Shown here piece by piece: positions 9,301-19,948 of a stretch of 64,000 nt of DNA. Location of the stretch: positions 123,775-187,774 of the forward strand of contig CAWHCF010000050.1 in assembly GCA_963827655.1 (NCBI GenBank), read 5' to 3'. The stretch comes from an uncultured Acidobacteriota bacterium. Lineage in GTDB: Bacteria; Acidobacteriota; UBA6911. Each line of letters opens with the position of its first letter. The stretch's first letter is position 1. Under the pieces are notes generated by a model. It was not told the origin of the DNA, made no database searches, and saw only the letters and a program-made list of their open reading frames with translations. The translations under genes were made by a program, and so were the position numbers.

Positions 9301-11291
9301 ATGGCCCGCGCACGGCTGAGATCGCTCAGATATCCCGACGTATCGCCGGCCTGTTCGCGTGCGGCGAACCAGGCGTTCACGGCCTGAGGCCCGAAAGCTT
9401 TGTCCTGCTCGGGCCATTCCACCTGGAAGAGAGCCCGCACATCCCGTTCCCGGCCGGCGCCCTCCAGGTGAGTCACAAGGTGCCGAAGCCCATAGCGCTC
9501 GTCCAGCTGGACGGACGTGGTCTCCCTCAAATTGGGCAACCCGGCCGCAAGTCCTCCCCAGGCGTTGATGTATCGGTCGGCAAAGCGCGAATGCGCGCTG
9601 CGTGTGGCTTCGGCGATTTCTGTCGCGAAGCGACGCTCGCCGCTTGTCATTTCACTTGCATCCGCCCTTCCATCCAGGAATTCTCGCAGACTGGCATGGT
9701 GGAGGCGGTATCGAGGCTCGGGGCCCTCGCTAACCGTGACAAATGCGATCCAAGCCTGTTCCAGGAGCCGCCGTGCTGCGGGCTCAGCCGTCACGCCGGA
9801 AACGGAACAGAGGAACTTCAGGGAACAGTCTTCCTGGGCGGCGGCCAGGCTGGTGAGCAGCGGCAGTTGGATCGCGTCCCACTCGTCGGCGTGCTCTCTT
9901 CGCCATCGCTGCCAGTAGCGGGCATAGTACTGCCACACCCCCTGAGGCAAGGTTTCGAGTTCCAGCGGAGACCGTTCGCCGCTTTCGATTTCGCCGACAA
10001 CGTAGTGCAGATAGATCCATACACCGCGAGATTTATCGAGTAGTTTCTCGACGAAGCGATCCGGCGAAAATTCGCTTTTTCTGAGCGCCTGGGAAATTTT
10101 CTCCAGCCCGGCCGTGCGCTCCACATAAGCGCGCATGTCAGCCAGGTTGTTGGCATCCCCGGCTTCCAGTGTTACAACTCGGCGCGAAGTATCGACCATT
10201 AGCGAAACCTCCACCGGCCTCTGGGAAACCAGGAAATAGACACCTTCCGGCACCACCCCTGGCAACCCCAGGACGTTTTGTCCTGGAGGCGTGCCCGCCT
10301 CATCGAGCGCATCGACGACGACGACAATCTTCTCGCCTGGAGCCACTTCGTCTCGTTTGCGGGCGGCCTCAACCAGCAACGTCTGCAGGTAGTCGGGACG
10401 CGTGGCAGCTCCTGGCAGCACCTCATCGAGGCCGTAAGGATTCAGCTTCCACGAGCGAATCAGCTGAGCCGCCAGATTCTTGAGTCCCGGTCCAATTCCA
10501 TCGGCGCCGGGGGCCAGTTCGACAAAGTGGTGAATGTATCCGCGCTCCTTTACCAGATAAGCGAGCAGGGCTGTCTTGCCCAAACCCGCTTTGGCTTCGA
10601 GCACAAAATAACCGGAGGAACTCTCGGAGAGAAACGTATCGAACTGGCGGGTCAACCATTCGCGGCCGACGAAGCGGTCGAGCCGCACCCTTCGGAATAC
10701 CGACCACGGCTGAATGTAAGCATCGCGCAGCCGCTGGTAATCGCCAACAAACACCTGATTGTGGCTTCCGGAGACGACCACACTGCGGATGACCTCGCCT
10801 CCGACTCCTATCTGCGCCACCAACCAGTTGTGCAGGTCTGCGGTGATTTTGGCCGCAAGCTCATGCGGATTGCTGAATTCGGTGACCGTGTGGCGGTCCG
10901 GTGCCCGCAGCTCCTGTTTAAGCGCGGTCAGCCGCGCCGATTTATCAGGGTCGGTTTCGCGCCAGGATGGGTCGATGGCCGATTCGGCTTTGAAATAAAT
11001 GAAGCAGGGCAGGCCGCGCTCCTGGGCGCGCCGGTACTCTCGCTCGGTGATGCCCGAACCGTAGCGGCCTCCGAAAATGCCGATGTAAACCTGGCTTCGG
11101 TCTACTTCGTCGAGCGATGCCACTTCGGTCGTTTCATCGCGGCTGCCGAAATACTCCATGCCGACGAACTTGGTGTCTCTCATGCGCTGGAGCGAAGCCT
11201 CCACGGCCTCGCGCTCGGGCTTCAGGTCGAGCGAGGTCGAACTCACAAATACCGCTACCGTTACCGCAGGTCGGGGAGGCATGGGGCGCAT
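6336..11291 (-). CDS. DUF4062 (TIR-like) - STAND/NACHT-like NTPase - helical repeat protein (two frameshifts near 7080-7230)
   Basis: N-terminal VFVSSTSLDLKPER...YIGIFGGRYGS.ITEREY (DUF4062), Walker A AKAGLGKT and Walker B IVVVVDALDE. Many L..LAP.LP...L.EAL repeats continue in ORF 6336-7181 and end in RWWP. Confidence 0.85.
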
Positions 11292-11394
11292 TCAAATCCG
11301 CCTTAAAAGGCACGCATTGAATTGCTGGTAGATAGGACCGGCGACTATGTGCTGCTGTTCGCAATTACGGTCACGTATTTTGGCAGTGAGGCTT

Positions 11395-11565
11395 GAAGGG
11401 CCGACAGAGAGTAGCCCGGCCGTAAGGCCGGGATTAGACGTGCATCAGTAAGAAGGAGCGCCGAAGGTGGGACACAGCCGGAGTGCCGGTCCTTCGGACC
11501 TCGTGCCTACTTTCCCCTCAGCACTTTTTACTTTTCACTCTCCACGGGGCCTTCGGCCCTAGGCA
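11395..11565. repeat. REP-like cluster (GGTCCTTCGGACC / CCCGGCCGTAAGGCCGGG family)
   Basis: Short GC hairpins cccggccgtaaggccggg, ggtccttcggacc and gggccttcggccc. Similar units at about 45747-45768, 46068-46088 and 51996-52143. Confidence 0.65.
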
Positions 11566-11628
11566 ACACAGCCGACTCCTACCGCTCTGCCCATACGTCA
11601 GCGTAATTATGAACCAACCAACTCACGG

Positions 11629-12762
11629 TCAACCGTACCCTTCGAAGCAGTCCAGGCCCCGGCTCAGGTCTGCGTGAAGCAGGCGGTGGAAGAGGTGCTC
11701 GCCGGCTTCGCGGCGGGCGGACAGGCGGCCGGCGCGGTAGGCGCGCGACGTGAGACCGCGCTGTACCGAGCGGCAGATGGATGTGTCCTCGTCCTGGATC
11801 CGCTGACCGACGTTGATGCTGGCGAGGTTACGGACGCGCGCTTCCTCCGACGAAACGTCGGAAAAGTAGAAGTCGAAGATCACCTCTGTCCGGTCGATCC
11901 CCAGGGGCCGGACCAGGTTCGTGTCCATCACTCCTTCGTACCAGTTCACCATGAAATTGGGGTAGATCCAATAGTAGAGGGCCAGCTTCCCCTGACGGAC
12001 GGCCGCGGTTTCGGGCTCGGCGCCTTCGCTTGTTACCGGGCTTTTCTGCAGGCAGTGCCGCGGGCCGTTCTCGATGGTATATCTTCCGTAGTCGAGGACG
12101 CTGTCGAGACCCTTGTGCAGGTGAGGGATGTGGTAACCGCCGTCGAGGTAGTTGTCGACGAAAACCTTCCAGTTGCACTCGAAGGCGTAGCGGCGCCTCT
12201 CCATGAAATGGAAACCTGTCAGGCCCAGCGCGTGAAACTGAGCCCTGAGATCTTCACCGAGGAACTCCTCAATCGACGGCCCTTCCGGGTCGAGCCGGAC
12301 GAAGACGAACTGCTCCCATGTAGCAACTGCGATCGGGACCAGGCCGTTCGCGGCGCGATCGAAGTCGCAGACCCCGGCGAAATCGGGTGTGCCTCGCAGC
12401 TCCCCGTCGAGGCCATAGGTCCAGCCGTGATAGGGACAGCGCAGGCTGCTCGCCTCTCCCTGCGGTTCGGTCATGACGGCAGCCGCGTGGTGCCGGCACA
12501 CATTGAAAAAGGCGCGCAGCCGGCCGTCGGATCCGCGCACGACCAGGATCGGCTCTCGGGCCAGCTCATCGGTGACATACCGTCCGGGCTGCGTCACTTG
12601 CTCGACGCGGCAGATCATCTGCCACGACTGGCTGAAGACGATCCGGTTTTCCAGGCCGGCGATCCGCGGGTCGACGTACCAGTCCGACGGGATGGTCCAG
12701 GCCCGCTCGAGCGGAGCCTTCGGGTCGTACGAGTCGACGATTTGCCGGAGCGGGCGGCGCAT
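11629..12762 (-). CDS. Rieske non-heme iron oxygenase alpha subunit (choline monooxygenase-like)
   Basis: Rieske motif CRHH...CPYHGWTY, mononuclear iron motif DNYLDGGYHIPHLH, and C-terminal IQDED.SICRSVQRGL. Confidence 0.9.
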   Translation of the reverse strand: MRRPLRQIVDSYDPKAPLERAWTIPSDWYVDPRIAGLENRIVFSQSWQMICRVEQVTQPGRYVTDELAREPILVVRGSDGRLRAFFNVCRHHAAAVMTEPQGEASSLRCPYHGWTYGLDGELRGTPDFAGVCDFDRAANGLVPIAVATWEQFVFVRLDPEGPSIEEFLGEDLRAQFHALGLTGFHFMERRRYAFECNWKVFVDNYLDGGYHIPHLHKGLDSVLDYGRYTIENGPRHCLQKSPVTSEGAEPETAAVRQGKLALYYWIYPNFMVNWYEGVMDTNLVRPLGIDRTEVIFDFYFSDVSSEEARVRNLASINVGQRIQDEDTSICRSVQRGLTSRAYRAGRLSARREAGEHLFHRLLHADLSRGLDCFEGYG

Positions 12763-12767
12763 GGGTC

Positions 12768-13974
12768 TCACGACAGCGACGGAGGCGTCGCGGTCTTGCG
12801 GGGCGGATTGAAGAACGGCGTCGGGACCACCTTCGCGGAGATCCGGTGTCGCACCGCCTCCACCGTCACCTCCATCCGCAGCATCGTGCCCGGCGCGTCG
12901 TGCGGTTGGCTGATGGTCGCCAGGGCGATGAGCTTCTTGAGAGTGGGCGACCAGGTGGTGGAGGTGGCCTTCCCTACCTGCCGGCCCTCGCGGTAGACGG
13001 GCACTGCGACGCGCGAGGCGATCGCCGGGACCTGGGGCGCGAGGCCGATCTTTTCGTAGAGCGCCTCCAGCTCGTCCCAGCTAAGCTCAAGGCCGACGAT
13101 CCGGCGCGCCGGCCCGCGCCGATGTTCCGCCCTCAGGGCCGCCTGTCCGACGAACCGGCCCTTGTCGAGCGCGACCAGACGCGCGAACCCCAGCTCGAAC
13201 GGCGAGTACTTCTGCGTCTCGATAAGCGCCTTTTTGCTGCTGTGGAAATCGACATCGATCAGCAGCAGCCCGGCCTCGATGCGCGCGACGTCGAGCGCCA
13301 GCATCCCGGTCGGATGGAGGTCGAACGCGCGGCCCGCGTCCATCAGCGTGTCCCATACGCGCGGCGCCTGATCCCAGGGGATCCAGATTTCGTATCCCAG
13401 GTCGCCCGTGTAGCCGGTGCGAGAAATGTCCACCGGCACGCCGGCGATCCGGCCACTCGTGACGCGGAAGTATTTGAGCTTCGAGAGATCCGCCTCGGTC
13501 ACCCGGGCGAGGATGCGGGCCGAGGTAGGGCCCTGTAGCGCCAGCGCGGCGATCTGCTCGGAAATGTCCTCGATCTCCACTTCCATTCCTGTCGCATTCT
13601 GGCGGAACCAGCGCAGGTTCGGGTCGGCCGCGGTCCAGCGGTAGGTGGTCTCGGCCAGCCGCGTGACGGTGCCGTCGTCGATCACCTTGCCGTCGCTCGT
13701 CGCACCAGGGGGTGTAAACGACCTGCCCCACCGATACCTTCCGCATATCGCGGGTGATGATGCGATCGACCAGGCGCGTGGAGTCCTTTCCCTTCAGCCG
13801 GTACTTGTAGAGAGGGGTGATGTCGATCAGCGCCGCCGCGTTGCGGATGGCGTTGTACTCGTGCTCGTGGTGGATCTCGTAGGAGCTGACCGCGTAGTAG
13901 CCGGACCATTCGCGGTAGCTCAGGCTCTCGCACAGGGGGAAGGTCTTCTCGTGCAGCGCGGTACCAATGGGCAC
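12768..13974 (-). CDS. GcvT-family aminomethyltransferase (frameshift near 13696)
   Basis: EYNAIRNAAALIDITPL, YTPWCDE/DGKVIDDG, ALQGP and SRTGYTGDLGYEIW. Split over ORFs 13087-13974 and 12768-13685. GAGGAG RBS before the GTG start. Confidence 0.9.
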
Positions 13975-14301
13975 GGTCGGGCTCCTCGACGGTTGCGGCG
14001 AAGATTATAGTACAAGCGTGATCAGGAAGGCGGGCAAAGAGAAGCTTATCGTCACCGGTTCCGGAGGCTCTGGTGCAAGGTTTCGAATGCTTGATAAACC
14101 GAGTCCGTCCCCCTTTCATTCATGGATATCAGCCCGCGTATGCGCGGGCAATTTTCCATCTCGACTACTAACTCCGATGTGTCGAGAGCTACACATACAT
14201 TTGCCCAGCTGATCAGTTCCATCCCTGCCAGGCCCGATCACAGCCAGGATTTTCCGCCGCTCAAGCTATCTAAAATGCCGCAGATTTCTGCCATCATCAT
14301 C

Positions 14302-15435
14302 CTCAGGAAGAGGACAGTCTCGAAGTTCCGAACGTCAGGAGCTTGACGGCCTCTCGGGCGTCCTCCAGGTACTGTTTCCGGAAGTCTTTGTCCGGAAGCC
14401 TCTCTTCCCTTCCGCCTGGAAATCAATCTCGAGGAGTTGCCCGAGCGCGACTCTCGTGATGCATGCGAGGCTCTCAGCGGTGATCAGATTCTCGAGGGAC
14501 TTCGAATGCACGAAGGCAATAGTCGCCGCCTGGATGTAATTTCTGAAGACAATGACCCCTCGGCCTGCAGGTGATGTCTTATCGATGATGAGGGGCGTGG
14601 GCAGTCCTCTAAATGCCGGACTCACGGACCGCTCGTCCTCGTCAGACTGCCTGAGGTCGTGAATAAAGGTGGTGATAACTCCTGATGACGCTTCCGCCAG
14701 CTCTGTCGTGAGCATCAGTTGCGCCGTCAGCGCGTCGGCCTGCCCGGAGTCTCCGACGAACACGTAGCGATATTCCGGATAGATGGCTGCGAAATTGGCA
14801 AAATTCTGGAACTTCACCACGCCAATCTTGTCTTCGTTCCCATGCGGGATCTTCTGAACCTTGGAATCGATCTTTGACCTCACAAATGTTTCTAGCGTTC
14901 CTATGGTCGAACAAACAAGCTCTCCTGACAGCGCGCTGGGGCACAATCGTCGGCCGCTGTATTCCACCAATTTCGTCAGACTCCCTTCCTCAAATATGCC
15001 GGCGACAGGATTGGGCCGAGCCGACAAGGTCGTGACGGGAATGCCCTCCAGCGTGAACGGCTCACGTTTCAAAGCATCGTAGAATTCCAAGATTCCAGGG
15101 TAGAAGGTCTTCCTTTGGGGCCTCCGTGGATACCGTTCGTCAATAAGATTGGCGTACATCGTGTCATCGACATCTGAAAGGACTTTGACACCGTTCTCCC
15201 GCGGCGCCGTTCGGAGATGATCGACGACCCGAGCCCGACACCCCTCGTTGTCGATATCGTGGCACAAGTATTCCTCGAGATCCTTGTAGTCCCCGTCATA
15301 CTCCAAGGCATACTTCAGCAAAGAGAGGTCCTGTTTGTCGACGAACACAGGAGGCGTTCCATCCGCAATTCGTCCCTCCCAGGGCACCCCGATGACCGAG
15401 CCTCTTGAAAACTCAATCTTGTCGGCCAGGGTCAA
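14302..15435 (-). CDS. App1/DUF2183-like HAD-superfamily phosphatase, possibly truncated or frameshifted at both ends
   Basis: LSDVDDT (motif I), LSARP (motif II) and VFVGDSGQAD (motif IV). No convincing start or RBS. The 3' end appears to continue in another frame (KQYLEDAREAVKLL). Confidence 0.6.
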
Positions 15436-15595
15436 CTCAGCGGCGTTGCGAATCCGTCTGTCGAGGCTTTTCCGCCCGTCTCTGTCGAGTAGATCTCATT
15501 GGCGTCGGAAGCAAGCACTGCTTGGTGGATGGTCTCCCGGTCGTATAGCCCAAGCAGACTGGCTCGAGGAAAAGGCGGCCGGACGCTCGCAGCGC

Positions 15596-16027
15596 TTACT
15601 TCCGCTCGGGGACTGGGCGGCCAAGGGCAATGACAAAGTAGCGGGCTCGCGTGGTTCCTACATTGCGCCAGCCATGTTCTTCGTTCGATGCCACAAGCGC
15701 GACCGACCCGGGCCCCAGGTTGACGCTGCGTCCATGGATCGTCACTTCGAGCGTGCCCTCGCGTATCAGGATCATCTCTTCGTGGTCATGGCGATGAGGC
15801 GGATGCGGCGCCAGCCCTGGAGCGAGTTCGGTTTCGTGCAGTTCAATACCGAATCCGGAATGCAACTCTTGGTTCAGGATCGGTCGCGAGCGATTTTCGC
15901 CGTTAGTGTTAACCTTGAGGTCCTCGTAGCGGTAGGTGTTCGACTTTGATGGCCGGTCCTGGGCGAGGGCGCTGGTCATGGCGAAGGCAAGTAATAGAAG
16001 ACTCAAGTCTCTTTTGTTGAAGCGCAC
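15596..16027 (-). CDS. Cupin domain protein, secreted
   Basis: Signal peptide, PHPPHRHDHEEMILIREG and EEHGWRNVG cupin motifs, GAGG RBS. Confidence 0.85.
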   Translation of the reverse strand: MRFNKRDLSLLLLAFAMTSALAQDRPSKSNTYRYEDLKVNTNGENRSRPILNQELHSGFGIELHETELAPGLAPHPPHRHDHEEMILIREGTLEVTIHGRSVNLGPGSVALVASNEEHGWRNVGTTRARYFVIALGRPVPERK

Positions 16028-16161
16028 AAGTTCCTCCTCTGGTTGTCGTCTGATCGCAGCAAGGTCTTTTTCGCGGGGCCATACCGTTGGGCGCCGCCTC
16101 CGGCTACTCGAAGCGGAGATTATAGTATACTCGCGAGGAATCGCATCCGAAGGCGGTCAGA

Positions 16162-17760
16162 GTGGCTCACTCATACGATGTGATCGTGATCGGCGGCGGG
16201 CATAACGGGCTGGCCCACGCTGCCTACCTGGCGCGTTCCGGCATGAAGGTGCTGGTCCTGGAGCGGCGCCATGTCGTGGGAGGCGCGGCGGTGACAGAGG
16301 AGGTCTTCCCAGGCTTCACCTTCTCGGTCTGTTCCTACGTTGTTTCGCTGCTGCGTCCGGAGATCATCCGGGAGCTGGATCTGCCGCGTCACGGCCTGGA
16401 GATCCTGCCGCTGGACGGCACCTTCACGCCGATGCTCAACGGCGACTACCTGTGGCGCCTTAACGACCATGCCAAGACTCGGCGCGAGATCGCGCGCCAC
16501 TCGCGGCTCGATGCCGAGGCCTACGACGAGTACGGCAAGGCGATGGTCGAGATGGCCAGGTTCGTCAAGCCGATCCTCAGCATGACGCCGCCCGACCCCG
16601 CGCGCCTGGGCCTGAGGGGGATGAGAGACCTGCTGTTCCTGCTGCGGCGGTTTCAGCGGCTCCCCTACCGCGACCAGTATAACCAGGTTCAGCTCATGAC
16701 GATGAGCGCGGTGGACTTCCTCGATCAGTGGTTCGAGACCGACGTGTTGAAGGCGACGATGGCGGCGTCGGGAATCATCGGCACGTTCCTGGGGGTCCGC
16801 TCCCCGGGCACCGCATACGTCCTGTTGCACCATTACATGGGAGAGATTGACGGCGCGTTCCGATCGTGGGGCTTCGCCCGTGGAGGCACGGGGGCAATCT
16901 CCAACGCGATTGCGGAAGCGGCGCGCGAGGCGGGCGCCGAGATCCGGGTCGAATCGCCCGTCGCGAAGATCCTGGTGCGGAGCGGACGCGCCGCCGGTGT
17001 CGTGCTCGAAAGCGGCGAAGAGATCGCGGCGCCGATCGTCTCCTCGAGCGTGGACCCGCGGCTGACGTTTTTCAAATTCGTCGGCAGGGAGCACCTCGAC
17101 GACGAGTTCGCCGCGGAGATCGAACGCTACAAACTGCGCGGCTCGTCGGGCAAGGTCAACCTGGCATTGGATGGCCTGCCGGACTTCCGTTCGCTGCCCG
17201 GACCGGGCCGGCACTTGCGGGGTGCGATCTCCATCTCGCCCTCCGTCGACTACATGGAGCGGGCCTACGACGACGCCAAGTACGGCCGCTTCTCCCGCCG
17301 CCCGTACATCGACATCGTCATCCCGAGCCTGACCGATCCCAGCGTCGCGCCCCCGGGCAAGCACGTAATGTCTTGTTTCGTTCAGTACGCCCCCTATCAC
17401 CTCAAGGAGGGAAGCTGGGATGGCCGGCGCGATGAGTTCGGCAACACGGTAATCGAGACTATCGCCGAGCACGCGCCCAACCTCGAGAACCTGATTCTCC
17501 ACCGGCAGGTGCTGACGCCGCTGGACCTGGAGCGCGAGTTCGGCCTTAGCGAAGGAAACATCTTCCAGGGGGAACTAAGCCTCGAGCAGCTCTTCTTCCT
17601 GCGGCCGGCGCCGGGCTGGGCGCAGTACCGCACCCCAATCCGTAACCTCTACATGTGCGGCTCAGCGACACACCCGGGGGGCGGCATCATGGCTGCCCCG
17701 GGACGGAACGCCGCGGTCGTGATCTTGAACCACGCAAGGCACCGGAGGCTCGCCGGTTGA
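16162..17760 (+). CDS. FAD-dependent oxidoreductase, phytoene-desaturase/PYROXD2-like (paralog 1)
   Basis: VIGGGHNGL dinucleotide-binding motif, LERRHVVGGAAVTEE, and YRTPIRNLYMCGSATHPGGGI. Confidence 0.9.
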   Translation: MAHSYDVIVIGGGHNGLAHAAYLARSGMKVLVLERRHVVGGAAVTEEVFPGFTFSVCSYVVSLLRPEIIRELDLPRHGLEILPLDGTFTPMLNGDYLWRLNDHAKTRREIARHSRLDAEAYDEYGKAMVEMARFVKPILSMTPPDPARLGLRGMRDLLFLLRRFQRLPYRDQYNQVQLMTMSAVDFLDQWFETDVLKATMAASGIIGTFLGVRSPGTAYVLLHHYMGEIDGAFRSWGFARGGTGAISNAIAEAAREAGAEIRVESPVAKILVRSGRAAGVVLESGEEIAAPIVSSSVDPRLTFFKFVGREHLDDEFAAEIERYKLRGSSGKVNLALDGLPDFRSLPGPGRHLRGAISISPSVDYMERAYDDAKYGRFSRRPYIDIVIPSLTDPSVAPPGKHVMSCFVQYAPYHLKEGSWDGRRDEFGNTVIETIAEHAPNLENLILHRQVLTPLDLEREFGLSEGNIFQGELSLEQLFFLRPAPGWAQYRTPIRNLYMCGSATHPGGGIMAAPGRNAAVVILNHARHRRLAG

Positions 17761-19343
17761 GCCCGACACGCGATGTCGTGATCATCGGCGGTGGCCATAA
17801 CGGCCTCGCCGCCGCCTGCCTGCTGGCGCGCTCCGGTCTGCGCCCGCTGGTACTGGAGCGGCGTGACGTTGTGGGCGGCTGCGCCATCACGGAGGAGATT
17901 CACCCGGGGTTCAGGTGCCCGACGCTGGCCCACGCGGCCGGCCCTCTGGCGCTCGACGTGTCTCGCGAACTCGGGCTGGCGAAGCACGGGCTCGAGGTCT
18001 TGCAGCCGGAGGTTCGGGTGTTCGCGCCCTCGCTGACCGGCCCGTCCATCACGCTGTACCAGGACGCCCGCCGCACCGCTCTGGAACTGGAGAGCGTCTG
18101 CCGCAAGGATGGCGCGCGTTACCCCGAGTTCGCCGAAAGTTTCGCCCGGATCGGCCGCTTCCTCCGGCCGGTACTCGCCCTGACGCCGCCGTCATTGAAA
18201 ACTCCGAGCCTGCCCGAGGCCTGGCGGCTCCTTCGACTCGGCAAAGGCTTCCGTGACCTGGGACGCAAGAATGGCTACAGGCTCCTGCGCTGGGGCCCCA
18301 TGGCCGTGGCGGACCTGGTGGCGGAGTGGTTCGAGACCGATCTGCTGCGGGCAGCCGTGGCGGCACGTGGAATCCACGGCAGCTTTGCCGGCCCATGGTC
18401 GGCGGGCACGAGCATCGGGCTCCTGCTCCAGTCCGCCCTTGATGGGCAGCCGGTGGCGCCTTCGGACACGTTCCGCGGCGGGATGGGCGCGCTCGCGCAG
18501 GCGCTGGCCGCCGCCGCCCGGGCGGCCGGCGCCGAGATACGGACCGGCGCCTCGGTCGCGCGTATCGGTATCGAGCAGGAGAGGGCCGTCTCCGTAATTC
18601 TGGCCTCGGGCGAGGAGATCCGCGCGAGGGCGATCGTTTCGAACGCCGATCCCAAGTCGACGTTCCTCGATTTTATCGATCCGGCCGACCTGGATCCCGA
18701 GTTCGTTCAGAGGATACGCAACTACCGATCGTTCGGGACAGTGGCCAAGATCAACTACGCGCTGTCGGGGCTGCCGGGCTTTTCCGGAAGCGGCGCCGGG
18801 AAGATCGGCGCTCTGTCGGGCCGCATCCATATTGGGCCGGAGATCGATTACCTCGAGCGGGCCTTCGACGCGGCGAAGTACGGTGAGTTCTCGGCCGAGC
18901 CCTACATGGACGTCACGATTCCGTCGCTGGCCGACGCTTCGCTGGCCCCCCGTGACGCCCACGTGCTGTCGGTACACGTGCAGTTTGCTCCCTACAAGCT
19001 GCGCTCCGGGGACTGGTCGAGCCGCGGCGAGGAGATGGCCGACAGGGCCGAAAAGACGCTGGCCGACTACGCGCCGAATCTCAAGGGACTGATCCTCACT
19101 CGACAGGTAATCACGCCGGCCGATCTCGAGGCGGTTTACGGGCTGCATGGCGGGCACATCTATCATGGCGAGCAGACGCTGGATCAGGTCTTCACGATGC
19201 GCCCGCTGCTGGGCCTGGCACAGTACCGCACACCGATCCCGAGGCTATACCTCTGCGGCGCAGGGACGCATCCTGGCGGAGGCGTGACGGGCCTCCCGGG
19301 CGCCAACGCGGCGCGGGAGATTTTGAAAGACCTCAAGCAGTAG
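17757..19343 (+). CDS. FAD-dependent oxidoreductase, phytoene-desaturase/PYROXD2-like (paralog 2)
   Basis: IIGGGHNGL and YRTPIPRLYLCGAGTHPGGGV. The TTG start overlaps the upstream TGA (TTGA at 17757-17760). Confidence 0.88.
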   Translation: MSPTRDVVIIGGGHNGLAAACLLARSGLRPLVLERRDVVGGCAITEEIHPGFRCPTLAHAAGPLALDVSRELGLAKHGLEVLQPEVRVFAPSLTGPSITLYQDARRTALELESVCRKDGARYPEFAESFARIGRFLRPVLALTPPSLKTPSLPEAWRLLRLGKGFRDLGRKNGYRLLRWGPMAVADLVAEWFETDLLRAAVAARGIHGSFAGPWSAGTSIGLLLQSALDGQPVAPSDTFRGGMGALAQALAAAARAAGAEIRTGASVARIGIEQERAVSVILASGEEIRARAIVSNADPKSTFLDFIDPADLDPEFVQRIRNYRSFGTVAKINYALSGLPGFSGSGAGKIGALSGRIHIGPEIDYLERAFDAAKYGEFSAEPYMDVTIPSLADASLAPRDAHVLSVHVQFAPYKLRSGDWSSRGEEMADRAEKTLADYAPNLKGLILTRQVITPADLEAVYGLHGGHIYHGEQTLDQVFTMRPLLGLAQYRTPIPRLYLCGAGTHPGGGVTGLPGANAAREILKDLKQ

Positions 19344-19389
19344 CCAAAACCAACCTCCAAGACGCGAAGACTCCAGGAAACGCCAGGGT

Positions 19390-19875
19390 CTACTCCCAGG
19401 CTCCGAGCAGGCGTCGCAGGAGAACGAGCTGGCCGAGGTGATACGCGTTATGGTCTGCGATGAGCAACGCTTCGCGGAGCACGGTGTGTTCCGGCTTGGC
19501 GTCCGGGTGCTGGATGCGCGCCAGCAGATCGGTCTTGGGGTCCTCCACGAGTTTCTGCATCGCCTTCAGGTCGGCGTGAAACGCGGCAACGCTCTTCTCC
19601 CACGCGGTCTCGTCGGGCGGCGCTTCGGTCGAAGACCAATAGCCCGCGGGAAACTCCGGCGAAACATGGGTGGGTTTGCGAGAGAACTCGAGGATGTCCC
19701 ACTGGGCGAGGCGCATGTGCTCCAGCAATTGCCAGGCGGTGTGCGGCGCATCCGGCGGTTTCGCTCCGCGCAGGCGGGCGGGGAAACCGGCGATCGCTTC
19801 GTCGAAGCCGACGTGAGCTCCACCTCCGCGCAAGACATTCAATATGTGCTTCCGCAAAACGTCGTCGGCAGGCAT
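19390..19875 (-). CDS. DinB family protein
   Basis: HTAWQLLEHMRLAQWDIL and DHNAYHLGQ motifs, AGGAGG RBS. Confidence 0.85.
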   Translation of the reverse strand: MPADDVLRKHILNVLRGGGAHVGFDEAIAGFPARLRGAKPPDAPHTAWQLLEHMRLAQWDILEFSRKPTHVSPEFPAGYWSSTEAPPDETAWEKSVAAFHADLKAMQKLVEDPKTDLLARIQHPDAKPEHTVLREALLIADHNAYHLGQLVLLRRLLGAWE

Positions 19876-19948
19876 TACGTCCTCCTTTAAGGGTTCGCGT
19901 TTCTTACTTCGAGCCCTCGTGGTTAGCGCGGCGGCAAAACCAGACCTC

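Noticed and set aside
12768-13974. Glycine cleavage system gcvT gene symbol
   Set aside because: No gcvH or gcvP, and the context suggests a paralog, so no symbol was assigned.
16162-19343. Carotenoid biosynthesis (crtI) assignment
   Set aside because: No crtB/crtE or hpn genes nearby. The motifs and context fit the broader PYROXD2-like family.
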